DNA of 64,000 bases from positions 72,310 to 136,309 of the forward strand of contig CAZLNP010000003.1 of the NCBI GenBank assembly GCA_964561085.1, written 5' to 3'. The stretch's first letter is position 1, and each line of letters starts with the position of its first letter. A program made the position numbers and the translations under genes. The stretch is from an uncultured Candidatus Saccharibacteria bacterium (GTDB lineage: Bacteria; Patescibacteriota; Doudnabacteria; UBA920). This document shows, in pieces, positions 8,796 to 18,778 of the stretch. The notes below the pieces were generated by a model, which was given only the letters and a program-made list of their open reading frames with translations, was not told the origin of the DNA and ran no database searches.

Positions 8796-11216
8796 TTAAA
8801 CCACGATGTTTAACAATTTATTTTCAACATAAATAATTCTCTTCGATTCTTTTCCACCCACAGCGGCAATTACCTTCTCCGACCTAATCGCCTCTGATTT
8901 CACTTCCTCTTCTGTTGCTCCAATTGGCAAAATTAACGTCTCCCTTACCTTACCGTTTACTTGAACTACAATTTTTGTAGTTTCTTCGCCAAGAACAGTT
9001 TCATCAACTTTTGGCCACGCGCTAAATTGCAAACTACCATTTTCGTTGGCTTGTAAAATTTCCGCAATTTCTTCAGCAATGTGAGGCGCTATCGGATAAA
9101 GCATTTTGGCAAAAGTTAAAATGGTTTCTTTGGAAACTTCTTTATCTTTTATTTCGTTATGAAGACTCATTAAGCTAGAAACAACTGTATTGAATTTGAA
9201 TGCCTCGATATCTTCAGTAACTTTTTTAACAGTTGTATTAAGTACGCGCAAGACTTCATCGCTATCTTTTTCTGATGGCTTTGTATTATTTACCCAATAC
9301 CAAACTCTATCCAAGAAACGAGCAACACCAATAATTCCTTTGTCGCTCCATGATACACTGGCTTCATGAGGGCCTAAGAACAACTCATACATACGTAGAA
9401 CATCAGCACCAAATTCTTTAACAATACTGTCAGGATTTACAACATTACCCTTACTCTTGCTCATTTTTGTACCATCGGCAGCTAAAATAATTCCGTGAGG
9501 AATACGCTTAGTATATGGCTCACTAACAGGGATTAGTCCTTGATCGTATAGAAATATATTCCAGAAACGTGAGTACAATAAGTGCAAAGTTGTATGTTCC
9601 ATCCCACCAAAATATAAATCAACTGGTAACCAGCTTTTTAATTTATCGGGGTCAGCAAATGCAGATGCATTTTTTGCATCTGTGTAACGCAAGTAGTACC
9701 AAGAACTTCCTGCCCACTGAGGCATGGTATTAGTCTCGCGCTTTGCGGGACCTTCACATTTTGGACAAGTAGTATTCACCCATTCATCCACGACGGCTAA
9801 AGGTGATTCCCCTGTCCCGGTCGGCTCATAATCTTTTACTTCAGGCAAAACCACTGGTAATTGATCTTCTGGTACTGGAACAACTCCATCTTTTTCACAG
9901 TGCACTAGAGGAATTGGTTCACCCCAATAACGTTGGCGAGAAAACACCCAGTCACGTAATCGGTAAGTGGTGTGACGAGCTCCGAATTTATTTTGTTCCA
10001 ACCAATCAATAATTTCATTAATTAATGCAGGTGAAATTTCTTTTCCAGTAAATGGACCTGAATTCAATAGAGTTCCAACATTTTCGTGCGCGTTGAAAGG
10101 AGCATCTTCAACAGAACGCTCAACTACTTCGACTAAAGGAATATTATATTTTTGTGCAAACTCAAAATCCCGTGGGTCATGAGCGCTGCACCTGATTGCG
10201 CCAGTTCCAAAATCCATCAAAGCAAAATTAGCAATCCAAATTGGCATTTTATTACCGCTTAGTGGATCTGTCGCATAACGACCTGTGAATACGCCTTCTT
10301 TTCCTTCAGCACGAGCTTCTGGGTCCATGGCAGAAATGCGGTTCACGAATTCAGTAACTTCAGCCTCCTTCTCTGTCCCTTCTACTAATTTTGATACCAA
10401 TGGATGTTCCGGCGCCAAGACAATAAAAGTATCTGCCCAAATCCAAGCTGGAAAAGCAGTAAACGTTTCCAAATTAATATCTAAATCTGCAACTGTGTGA
10501 TTTATAATCGCGCCTTCTTTTTTACCAATCCAGTTTTCCTGTTGCAACTTCACTGGCTCTGGCCACTCTGGCAAGTTCTTCAAACCTTCCAAAAGTTTAT
10601 CTGCGTACTCAGTGATTTTTAAATACCACTGACGCAACTCTTTCTTTTCTACTTTTGTACCACAACGTTCACATTCTCCAGCAATGACTTCTTCGTTTGC
10701 TAAACCAGTTTTATCTTTTGGACACCAGTTAATTAAACCTGTGGATTCATAAGCTAACCCTGCTTCGTAGAATTTTAAAAATAACCATTGAGTCCATTTA
10801 TAGTACTCTGGGTCTGTAGTATTAATTTCACGATCCCAATCAAAACTATATCCGATGCTCTGGAATTGCTTCTTAATATTTACAATATTACTAGCTGTAG
10901 TATCTTTCGGATCTTTACCATGCTTGATAGCATAATTTTCCGCAGGCAAACCAAAAGCATCCCAACCAATTGGGTACATCACTTCGTGGCCTTGCATTCG
11001 ATAGTATCTGGAAACTACATCACCGGCGGTGTAGCCACGCACATGACCCATGTGCAGACCATCCCCGGATGGATATGGAAATTCCATTAATACAAACTTC
11101 TTGGGCTTACCACTATCATCTTGCGCGGAAAAAACGTTATTGTCTTTCCAATAATCTTGCCATTTCTTTTCAATTTCTTGAGGGTTATATCCTCCGGAAG
11201 CCTTATTATTTTCCAT
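8796..11216 (-). CDS. leuS: Leucyl-tRNA synthetase
   Basis: HMGH and KMSKS class I motifs; ~800 aa; start placed at MENNKAS (ORF track extends to 11270). Confidence 0.92.
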   Translation of the reverse strand: MENNKASGGYNPQEIEKKWQDYWKDNNVFSAQDDSGKPKKFVLMEFPYPSGDGLHMGHVRGYTAGDVVSRYYRMQGHEVMYPIGWDAFGLPAENYAIKHGKDPKDTTASNIVNIKKQFQSIGYSFDWDREINTTDPEYYKWTQWLFLKFYEAGLAYESTGLINWCPKDKTGLANEEVIAGECERCGTKVEKKELRQWYLKITEYADKLLEGLKNLPEWPEPVKLQQENWIGKKEGAIINHTVADLDINLETFTAFPAWIWADTFIVLAPEHPLVSKLVEGTEKEAEVTEFVNRISAMDPEARAEGKEGVFTGRYATDPLSGNKMPIWIANFALMDFGTGAIRCSAHDPRDFEFAQKYNIPLVEVVERSVEDAPFNAHENVGTLLNSGPFTGKEISPALINEIIDWLEQNKFGARHTTYRLRDWVFSRQRYWGEPIPLVHCEKDGVVPVPEDQLPVVLPEVKDYEPTGTGESPLAVVDEWVNTTCPKCEGPAKRETNTMPQWAGSSWYYLRYTDAKNASAFADPDKLKSWLPVDLYFGGMEHTTLHLLYSRFWNIFLYDQGLIPVSEPYTKRIPHGIILAADGTKMSKSKGNVVNPDSIVKEFGADVLRMYELFLGPHEASVSWSDKGIIGVARFLDRVWYWVNNTKPSEKDSDEVLRVLNTTVKKVTEDIEAFKFNTVVSSLMSLHNEIKDKEVSKETILTFAKMLYPIAPHIAEEIAEILQANENGSLQFSAWPKVDETVLGEETTKIVVQVNGKVRETLILPIGATEEEVKSEAIRSEKVIAAVGGKESKRIIYVENKLLNIVV

Positions 11217-11220
11217 AAAT

Positions 11221-11760
11221 TTAGATTTCTTTCTGAAAATGCTGATAATCTTGATATTTTTCCCAATCACCTAGCCACTCCCAACCACGCTCTTTCATAA
11301 ATTCTACCACCGGATGACCGTTAAACAAAGTGCCAGCTTTCTCAATATTATAACTGCCATTAGCTGGCTGAATTGTTTCTCCTTGGACCCATGGATTAAT
11401 CCTGGGGTTTAAATCTATTGCCTTACCTTGAGAATGGAAAGACATAATATCTTGCCCTGCTATTTTCCGATAATTAAACCCTGATGAATTATTTGCAGAC
11501 ATGGAAGCTTCGTCATCCCAGTTGTATTTTACAATTGGCGAAACTTCTTCCAATGGAAATTTTTCTTGCTGCATTAACTCAAATAAATCTACAATATCTT
11601 TCTGAACATCTTGATGAACAACTATTTGTCCTTCATGAATTTTCGAATCAAAGCCCAGAAACTTTACATCTAGTAAAACAAGACTTTCTAAAATATCCCG
11701 CGGACAAGAGGGATCCTTCTCCAACATACTGTCGATGGCTTGTTCGCGAGTATAACTCAT
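11221..11760 (-). CDS. M15-family zinc metallopeptidase (D-Ala-D-Ala carboxypeptidase/VanY-like)
   Basis: HSQGKAIDLNP resembles LAS-fold H-x-x-G-x-A-x-D zinc site; stop 4 nt before leuS start. Confidence 0.5.
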   Translation of the reverse strand: MSYTREQAIDSMLEKDPSCPRDILESLVLLDVKFLGFDSKIHEGQIVVHQDVQKDIVDLFELMQQEKFPLEEVSPIVKYNWDDEASMSANNSSGFNYRKIAGQDIMSFHSQGKAIDLNPRINPWVQGETIQPANGSYNIEKAGTLFNGHPVVEFMKERGWEWLGDWEKYQDYQHFQKEI

Positions 11761-12627
11761 CTATATATTAAATAATTCTCTAGCGTTCATTGTAGTCACC
11801 TCCGCTACTTCCTCAACGGCAACTTCTTTCCACTCAGCAATCTTTTCTGCAACTTCAGGAAGATAGCTCGGCTCATTGCGCTTACCCCGGTTAAGTTTCG
11901 GTGTTAAATACGGCGCGTCTGTTTCCAGAATCATAAACTCAAGAGGCAAACCTTTAACCACTTCTTCGCTTCGTCCAGTTTTATCAAACGTAATAATACC
12001 ATTCAGCCCGATAAATCCACCGAGTTTTGCGAACTCCAACGCTAGCTCTAAATTTCCTGTGTAGCAGTGTACCTCAAATCTAAGTTGAGGATTTTCCATC
12101 TTAACCCGCTTCACAATTTCTAACATGTCTTCATACGCATCTTGAGTTCCCTCAGACGGGCGGCAATGGATGCACAGCGCTTTATTATTTTTTAGCGCAA
12201 AATGAATTTGCTTTTCAAAAGCATCGCGTTCCAAAGACTTAATTTCTTCTGCATCTCGATCTTCTGGCATTCGATAGTAGTCCAAGCCACATTCACCTAT
12301 TCCTACAATTCGTTTTGCATCTTCACCAGCATCATCGAGCAATGCCTGATACAATTCTGCATCAAAACTTTCTTCACGAGTTTTAAATTTTACCTCTTCA
12401 TCGTCTTCGTAATCATGATGGTAAGTATGCGTAGGATGAAGGCCAATTACAGCATAAACATCATTCGGAAATTTTTTAAGCATCTCTACTGCTTCGCGGC
12501 TAGTGTCGATTTGCGTGCCAACATTAACAACAGCAACGCCTGCATCTAAGGCGCGCTGAATTGTTTCTGGAGCATCATCTTTAAATGCTCTCAAATTTAC
12601 ATGAGTATGAGTGTCTATTAATTTCAT
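11761..12627 (-). CDS. tatD: TatD-family metal-dependent DNase/hydrolase
   Basis: MKLIDTHTHVNL start, conserved His/Asp/Glu pattern along TIM barrel. Confidence 0.8.
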   Translation of the reverse strand: MKLIDTHTHVNLRAFKDDAPETIQRALDAGVAVVNVGTQIDTSREAVEMLKKFPNDVYAVIGLHPTHTYHHDYEDDEEVKFKTREESFDAELYQALLDDAGEDAKRIVGIGECGLDYYRMPEDRDAEEIKSLERDAFEKQIHFALKNNKALCIHCRPSEGTQDAYEDMLEIVKRVKMENPQLRFEVHCYTGNLELALEFAKLGGFIGLNGIITFDKTGRSEEVVKGLPLEFMILETDAPYLTPKLNRGKRNEPSYLPEVAEKIAEWKEVAVEEVAEVTTMNARELFNI

Positions 12628-12637
12628 GCAGTTCTAT

Positions 12638-14074
12638 TTATTCGGTTAAACGTGGGAACAACGGTTCCACTTTAGTAATTTTCTCTGCCGTAACAGCATC
12701 TAAAATTTTCTGTGCTGAAGTTGGTATAAATGGCAACAGTTGCTGAGCAACTTCTTCAATAATCACTAGAACTTCTTTAGCAACACGGGCAAATTCATCT
12801 AAATCTGTTTTGCCTAATTCCCAAAGCTTAGTTTCATCAACAATTTTATTTGCACGAGCAACTTCCTTCCAAATTTCAGCTAGTGCTTCATGGAATTTAT
12901 AGCAATCGATTAACTCTGCGATGCTCGCAGGAATGACGGGCTGATCTGGAACCGTGCCACGTGGGATTTCACCATCAAGGAATTTTTCTACCAAAGTAGT
13001 GATGCGGCTGACTAAATTACCTAGTCCATTTGCTAGTTCTCCATCGTAGCGTGCCCGTAGTTTTTCTTCACTAACATCACCATGCGAATCAAAAGATACT
13101 TCACGCATCAAGAAATATCGCACTGCGTCTGCACCATACTTTGCTACCCAATCATTTGGATCAATAATATTCCCAGTGGACTTAGATATTTTTTGATTAT
13201 TTAAAGTCAAGAAACCGTGAACACGAACCGACTTTGGCATTTCCAAACCAGCAGCAAGCAATAGCGCTGGCCAAATAATACAGTGGAACTTCGCAATGTC
13301 AGGTCCCACAACGTGAGCATCTGCCGGCCAATAATTTTTTGCCCCATCTGGACCTACTACATTTGCACCAGTCACATAATTAATCAAGGCATCTACCCAC
13401 ACATAAATGGTTTGAGTGGTATCCCACGGCAATGGAATTCCCCATTTTACATTTGGACGACTCGCTGCAATATCATTGAATCCCTCATTCAACATTGCCA
13501 AAATTTCTTTTTTAGAATGTTCTGGGTAAACTATGAATTCTTCGCTCTCTATTTTCTGCTTAATAATATCTGTGAAAGCAGAAACTTTAAAAAACCAGTT
13601 CTTCTCTTTAATTAGTTCAGGCTTAGTTTTATGATCGGGACAAACCCCATCTACTAAATCTTTTTCAGTCAGAAACGCTTCGTGACCAATACAATACATT
13701 CCTTCGTAGTCTGCTTCGTACAGATAACCGTTATCTTTAATTTTCGTGACCAAATCTTCAACCACTTTAATGTGGTCAGCGTCAGTGGTGCGGATAAACC
13801 GATCGTAAGAAATATTTAAATTATCCCAAGCTAGTTTAAACCCTGCAGCAGTTTGATCGGCAAACTCCCCAATAGAAAGTTCTGAACTTAGTGCATACTC
13901 AGCTATCTTTGCACCGTGCTCATCTGTGCCAGTTAAAAACCTAACGTCATCTCCCTGCGCGCGATGAAAACGAGCCAAAACATCGGCTGCCACTTTTTCA
14001 TAAGAGTGGCCAATATGTGGCTTGCCATTGATATAGTCGATTGCGGTTGTAATGTAGTATTTCTTTTGTTCCAT
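12638..14074 (-). CDS. metG: Methionyl-tRNA synthetase (short form)
   Basis: YYITTAIDYINGKPHIGH (HIGH) and KISKS motifs; start placed at MEQKKYYITT (ORF track extends to 14143). Confidence 0.9.
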   Translation of the reverse strand: MEQKKYYITTAIDYINGKPHIGHSYEKVAADVLARFHRAQGDDVRFLTGTDEHGAKIAEYALSSELSIGEFADQTAAGFKLAWDNLNISYDRFIRTTDADHIKVVEDLVTKIKDNGYLYEADYEGMYCIGHEAFLTEKDLVDGVCPDHKTKPELIKEKNWFFKVSAFTDIIKQKIESEEFIVYPEHSKKEILAMLNEGFNDIAASRPNVKWGIPLPWDTTQTIYVWVDALINYVTGANVVGPDGAKNYWPADAHVVGPDIAKFHCIIWPALLLAAGLEMPKSVRVHGFLTLNNQKISKSTGNIIDPNDWVAKYGADAVRYFLMREVSFDSHGDVSEEKLRARYDGELANGLGNLVSRITTLVEKFLDGEIPRGTVPDQPVIPASIAELIDCYKFHEALAEIWKEVARANKIVDETKLWELGKTDLDEFARVAKEVLVIIEEVAQQLLPFIPTSAQKILDAVTAEKITKVEPLFPRLTE

Positions 14075-14163
14075 AGTCACTATATTATAGCTTTTATTGA
14101 TTTTTCTCTCAAACTGATAAAAAAGAGCGTGCTTCATCAGCACGCTCTAAATCCAAAGCAAAA

Positions 14164-14754
14164 TTATTGTTCAAAATACTTCTGATAAATCGGTTCAAAC
14201 TCAGTTCTCAATAAACCAAACAAGATTTTGTCCCAGTAGCGTCCTTCGCAATAGATGTCTTGCCGAACCACTCCTTCCTGAACATAGCCCTGTTTCTTTA
14301 ATGCGCCAGCACTGCGTTCATTGAACTCAGTGACTGACGAATTAATTTTGAATAAGTTCATCGTGCTAAACGCATGGTTTAGCAAAAGCATTTTGGCATC
14401 AGTTCCATAACCTTTACCCCAATACTCTTTCTCACCAATCAATGAACCCGTTGAACCAATTCGCACAATCGGCCTGATTGAGCTTACACCTACAGTGCCG
14501 ATGAACTTCCGCTCCTCCAATGTCTCTATGGCAAAGCAAACTTCATCAGAGTTTTTCTTGCTGACTCGGTCAAACCATTTCCGTTCTTCTTCCAAGCTCA
14601 CTGGGAGAGTTGCGAGTAAATACCGAGTTACCTCTGGATCATTAATCCATCTCCAACAAGATTCCAAATCGGTTTCTATGTTCAATGGTCGCAAAATAAC
14701 CAACTTCCCTGTGTAGCAAACTGGGTTACTAACTTTACTTATGTTTTCCTGCAT
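14164..14754 (-). CDS. GNAT-family N-acetyltransferase (RimJ/RimL-like)
   Basis: 196 aa; acetyl-CoA binding-like segment IGTVGVS...GYGTDA. Confidence 0.55.
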   Translation of the reverse strand: MQENISKVSNPVCYTGKLVILRPLNIETDLESCWRWINDPEVTRYLLATLPVSLEEERKWFDRVSKKNSDEVCFAIETLEERKFIGTVGVSSIRPIVRIGSTGSLIGEKEYWGKGYGTDAKMLLLNHAFSTMNLFKINSSVTEFNERSAGALKKQGYVQEGVVRQDIYCEGRYWDKILFGLLRTEFEPIYQKYFEQ

Positions 14755-14800
14755 AATTTCTCCTACTAGTTTTTAGTGTACGCCTCAGCGTATTTAGATA

Positions 14801-14828
14801 ACAAAAAATCTCGGTTATCTAACCGAGA
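14801..14828 (-). terminator. Rho-independent terminator downstream of AI-2E transporter gene
   Basis: ATCTCGGTT-atct-AACCGAGAT hairpin, followed on the minus strand by T6. Confidence 0.6.
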
Positions 14829-15013
14829 TCGTGTTGGAGATTAAAATTTGTAAAGAAAACTTACTTCATCTTAGAATAAACACCACCTGAGTTAGACAAC
14901 GAAAAAACACCACCACATAGGGGGGTTTCGTTTCCAGCGATATTCATTTGATGTTTAAAATTTATCATGGAAGTATTATACCGATTATTTAAGCAGTTGT
15001 CAAATTTACCTAT

Positions 15014-16054
15014 TTAAACGTTAGGTTGTATTTCTAAGTCTTTTTCTAATTGAGGCGCTTTTTCCTGGAAAAGCTCATGGATAACCACAGTAATAGCTCC
15101 TGCTAGAGGCACAGCCAGAAGTAGCCCTAAGATGCCCGCCAGCTTAAACCCAACCAGCAGCGCCAGCAATACAACCAACGGTGATGTGCCAACAGTCTTT
15201 TCCATCACTTTTGGAACTAATACATAACCTTCAGTTTTTTGAATAATTATATAAAGAATAATAACTCCAACTACAAGCGCTGGACTTTGGATTAAAGCAA
15301 AGAATACCGCAGGAATCGCAGCAAGGAAAGGACCAACATAAGGCACAATTTCTAATAGCCCAGCGATGAGCGCTAAGAACAATGCATACTTTACTCCAAG
15401 AATTGAAAGTCCAATATAGGTGAGAGTGAAAATAAATACACTCAGAATGAACTGCCCAACTACCCAAAGACCCATCTTGCGTTGAATTTTTTCTATTAAA
15501 TTCATTACCACTCTCTGGTGTGGGGCTGGGACAAGATCACGAATAAAATGCTTCATACCACGATCTGCAGCTACTAAGTAAAAAGAAACTACTAGAACTG
15601 TAATTACTGCAAACAAACCATTAAACAAACCTACTGTTCTACTGAAAATTTCACTAGTTCCCTCTCCTCCAGAGAACAATGAATGAACTATTGCCGTTAA
15701 ATCTGCCCCGCCGAAGAATGATGCAATTGTAGGATATCTTACTTGGAAATCAGCACTGTATTGAGGGAGGTTATCTGAAAGAACACGGAACTGTTCTGTA
15801 GCAAGTGGAGCCATTAATGCAACCAGCCCACCGATGAAAGCGATGACGATTACATAAGCACCAAGCACACTCACTGACCGAGGTATTTTCCAACGATTTA
15901 AATAATCAACCATTGGCTCCATCGCTGACGCTATTACAAGTGAAAGTAAAATTACTACTACGATATCTCGCACTACCCATAAAAACGCCAATGCCAACAA
16001 CACTGCCACGACTCTTAATATAACTTTTGTTGAATAATCTAATTGAAAGTTCAT
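15014..16054 (-). CDS. AI-2E family transporter (PerM/YdiK-like)
   Basis: 346 aa, 8 TM architecture typical of AI-2E family. Confidence 0.7.
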   Translation of the reverse strand: MNFQLDYSTKVILRVVAVLLALAFLWVVRDIVVVILLSLVIASAMEPMVDYLNRWKIPRSVSVLGAYVIVIAFIGGLVALMAPLATEQFRVLSDNLPQYSADFQVRYPTIASFFGGADLTAIVHSLFSGGEGTSEIFSRTVGLFNGLFAVITVLVVSFYLVAADRGMKHFIRDLVPAPHQRVVMNLIEKIQRKMGLWVVGQFILSVFIFTLTYIGLSILGVKYALFLALIAGLLEIVPYVGPFLAAIPAVFFALIQSPALVVGVIILYIIIQKTEGYVLVPKVMEKTVGTSPLVVLLALLVGFKLAGILGLLLAVPLAGAITVVIHELFQEKAPQLEKDLEIQPNV

Positions 16055-16089
16055 AAAATAAGTATACTACTAAAACAAAAATCCAGCCA

Positions 16090-16314
16090 TTAAGCTGGAT
16101 TTTGTTCTTGTTCAGATTGCTCTAAAGCTTCTTTTGCTTCTTCATAAGTAACATCAAGACGTTTTAAACCTTCAAGACAGTATGCTTTAATTTGTTCTCG
16201 TAAGAAGTCGTTTAAACCATCTGCTTGCAAATCGCGAATCAGAATATCTTTAATAGTTTGATCTAAATCAGACGACTGAATTAGATTTACTATTTTTTGA
16301 ATTTTTTCTTCCAT
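16090..16314 (-). CDS. Hypothetical small acidic protein
   Basis: 74 aa ORF tightly packed between neighbours. Confidence 0.3.
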   Translation of the reverse strand: MEEKIQKIVNLIQSSDLDQTIKDILIRDLQADGLNDFLREQIKAYCLEGLKRLDVTYEEAKEALEQSEQEQNPA

Positions 16315-16317
16315 ATA

Positions 16318-16488
16318 TTAACTTTCCTGCCCTTCAAGCTCACGCACAATCGCAGCAATTCTTTTCGCTGGACCCATATTAGTTTCACCTTCAGGGATTC
16401 GAATCAATTCACCTTTGAATTTGGCAGCATTTTCCGCTGCGTTTGATTTCATTGCTTCAGGGTTAACACCCATTTCTATTCCACTCAT
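16318..16488 (-). CDS. Hypothetical small protein (57 aa; not in ORF track)
   Basis: ATG at 16488 to TAA at 16318 on minus strand (MSGIEMGVNPEAMKSNAAEN...); exactly fills the gap between nfo and the 74-aa ORF. Confidence 0.25.
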   Translation of the reverse strand: MSGIEMGVNPEAMKSNAAENAAKFKGELIRIPEGETNMGPAKRIAAIVRELEGQES

Positions 16489-16499
16489 ATTTTGACCTT

Positions 16500-17504
16500 T
16501 TATTTCCAGGCTTTAGCTCGTAAAGCCTTCATTAGCTTGATGTCTGTCTCAACTTTATCATGCTCAGTTTCCAAAATCAAGGGCACGGCCAACTTTTTTT
16601 TCTTTAAGTAGCGCAAAATTGCCTCAAACCCCTTAGATCCAATTTGTCCTTCATTAATATGCTCATGTCGATCTTTATTTGAACCCAAATCCACCTTAGA
16701 ATCGTTAGCATGGAACATTTTTAAGTACTCAAAACCAATAACTTTGTCAAAATTGTCGAAAGTCTTTTTTACTGTAGCTTCATCTCGTAAATCATAGCCA
16801 CTACCGTACGCGTGTTGCGTATCAAAACATACTCCACCAAAACCTTTATGCTTTTTAATTGGCTTCATTAATTCAGCAACTTCTTCAAAATTGTCGCCAA
16901 TTACACTTCCTGCACCTGCAGAAATTTCTATTAGCAACTGTGTTGTACCAGTATAACCTTCGAGAACTTTGACTAAACCTTCCTGGGCTTGTTTCATTCC
17001 TTCTTTTTCCCCAAGATCTTTAAAACTTCCTGGATGGAACATTACATATTTAGCGCCAAGTTGAGTACCGCGCTCTAGATCTGTTCGAACGATGTTGATA
17101 GATCCATGGAAGGTTGATGGTTTAGCAGAACCAAAGTTTAAAATGTACGGCGCGTGAATAACGCAAATTTCAATTCCTGCTTTTTCCATTCCTTCTTTAA
17201 ACTCTTTCGCAACTTCGGGGGTGATAGGTGCCGCGCTTCCACCGTGCGGGCTTCGTGAGAAAATTTGAAATGTTTCGCACTGCAGTAGCGCGGCGCGAGC
17301 AGGTGCTTCTTGCAAACCCCCAGCAATGGAAACATGGCAACCAATTAGTGGCTGACCAGTTAGAGGCTTATCTATTTTTTTAATGCTCGCTTTTTGAGCA
17401 GCCGTTACCACCGCGCTAGAAATTTTGCTTTTTTTAATTGGCGCGGCCTTTTTTGCAACTTTTTTTGCAACGGCTTTTTCTGTTACAACTTTTTTTATAG
17501 CCAT
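16500..17504 (-). CDS. nfo: Endonuclease IV (AP endonuclease family 2) with ~55-aa Lys/Ala-rich histone-H1-like N-terminal tail
   Basis: Core GCHVSIAGG...HAPY...HANDSK matches Nfo; N-terminus AIKKVVTEKAVAKKVAKKAAPIKK. Confidence 0.8.
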   Translation of the reverse strand: MAIKKVVTEKAVAKKVAKKAAPIKKSKISSAVVTAAQKASIKKIDKPLTGQPLIGCHVSIAGGLQEAPARAALLQCETFQIFSRSPHGGSAAPITPEVAKEFKEGMEKAGIEICVIHAPYILNFGSAKPSTFHGSINIVRTDLERGTQLGAKYVMFHPGSFKDLGEKEGMKQAQEGLVKVLEGYTGTTQLLIEISAGAGSVIGDNFEEVAELMKPIKKHKGFGGVCFDTQHAYGSGYDLRDEATVKKTFDNFDKVIGFEYLKMFHANDSKVDLGSNKDRHEHINEGQIGSKGFEAILRYLKKKKLAVPLILETEHDKVETDIKLMKALRAKAWK

Positions 17505-17506
17505 AA

Positions 17507-18778
17507 CTAAATCTTACTAATTATGTTTGTAAATTTCTTGTCGCTTCGGAATGGTCCAATAATTGCCAAAGAAGTTTTAGCAGAGTTAAATAACTCATTC
17601 GCTACTGCTTGGACTTGCTTCGCAGTCACAGCATCAATCTCTTTAAAAGCTTCAGCAGGGCTTTTAGTTTTTTTACTGAATGCAGATTGCTCTAAGTACC
17701 AATCTAACCGCGCCTGGTTGTCTTCTAAATATAGAGTGGTTCTACCTTTTAAGTATGACTTTGCTTTCATTAATTCTTTTTCTGGAACAGGAATGGTCTT
17801 AATGTCTTTGATAACTTCCAATGTGACTTTCAAAGCTTCTTCTATGTTACTAACACGGATGCCCGCGCTAATGTCGAAAACACCAGTGTCTTGGTACTGT
17901 CCATTTCCAGATCGAACATAATACGCCAATCCCCGCTTCTCGCGAATTTCACTAAATAAACGACTGCTCATGCCGCCACCTAAAATCGCGGATAGAACAT
18001 TTGCAGCAGCATTTTTCTTGCTATTCACATCGTAGGCTTTAAATCCAAGATTGAAATGTGCCTGTTTAGTGTCTTTAAATTCTATTTTAACGCGCGGAGC
18101 TCTTTGAGAGTCTTTTACCTTTGGCCATTTTTGCCACTTATTTGCTGGCAATTTAGCCCAGTATTTATTAATTAACCTGTTTAAAGCGACACGGTCGTAC
18201 TTCCCAGAAATCCCTAGGAGCATGTTCCCAGGTTGGTAATTGCGATCCATATAGCTTGAGAACATCTTCTGAGTGAATTTATTCACTACTTCTGGAGTGC
18301 CGGCAATGTCTCTCCCTAGTGGGTCCCCCTGCCACATGGTTTGCTCCAAAACGGTACCCACATTAATTCGAGGGTTATCACGATACATATTAATCTCTTC
18401 TACAATCACACCTTTTTCTCGCTCCAGCTCTTCCTTATTCAAAATTGGGTGCAGAAGCATATCTGTTAGCACTTCGAATATTAAGGGCAAATGCGTATGA
18501 CGGCTTTTGATATAAAATTGAGTGTGTTCCTTGCCAGTATTGGCGTTCATCTCTCCACCGATGCCATCAATTAATTCTGTGATAGCCATTGATGTTGGAT
18601 ATTTTTCAGTGCCTTTAAATAAAAAGTGTTCAAGGAAATGTGAAATCCCATTTTCTTTTGCTGTCTCGCTGCGCGAACCAGTCTTAACAAAAAAGTCGAC
18701 AACAACACTTTCAGCATCATTGCTCGGCACTTCAATAATAGTTAATCCATTCTTTAAAACTTTTTTGTAATACTTCAT
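17507..18778 (-). CDS. M16-family zinc peptidase (insulinase/pitrilysin-like)
   Basis: Inverted zinc motif HFLEHFLF (HxxEH). Confidence 0.75.
   Translation of the reverse strand: MKYYKKVLKNGLTIIEVPSNDAESVVVDFFVKTGSRSETAKENGISHFLEHFLFKGTEKYPTSMAITELIDGIGGEMNANTGKEHTQFYIKSRHTHLPLIFEVLTDMLLHPILNKEELEREKGVIVEEINMYRDNPRINVGTVLEQTMWQGDPLGRDIAGTPEVVNKFTQKMFSSYMDRNYQPGNMLLGISGKYDRVALNRLINKYWAKLPANKWQKWPKVKDSQRAPRVKIEFKDTKQAHFNLGFKAYDVNSKKNAAANVLSAILGGGMSSRLFSEIREKRGLAYYVRSGNGQYQDTGVFDISAGIRVSNIEEALKVTLEVIKDIKTIPVPEKELMKAKSYLKGRTTLYLEDNQARLDWYLEQSAFSKKTKSPAEAFKEIDAVTAKQVQAVANELFNSAKTSLAIIGPFRSDKKFTNIISKI

Noticed and set aside
9803-11218. Several 60-100-aa plus-strand ORFs inside leuS (and similar antisense ORFs inside metG, pnp, glyQS, tgt, ABC exporter)
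   Set aside because: Fully embedded antisense to well-supported long genes and low-complexity; treated as chance ORFs.
14865-14972. 35-aa minus-strand ORF (MINFKHQMNIAGNETPLCGG...) between GNAT and AI-2E genes
   Set aside because: Very short, overlaps the AI-2E terminator region, no SD or conservation evidence; not reported as a gene.
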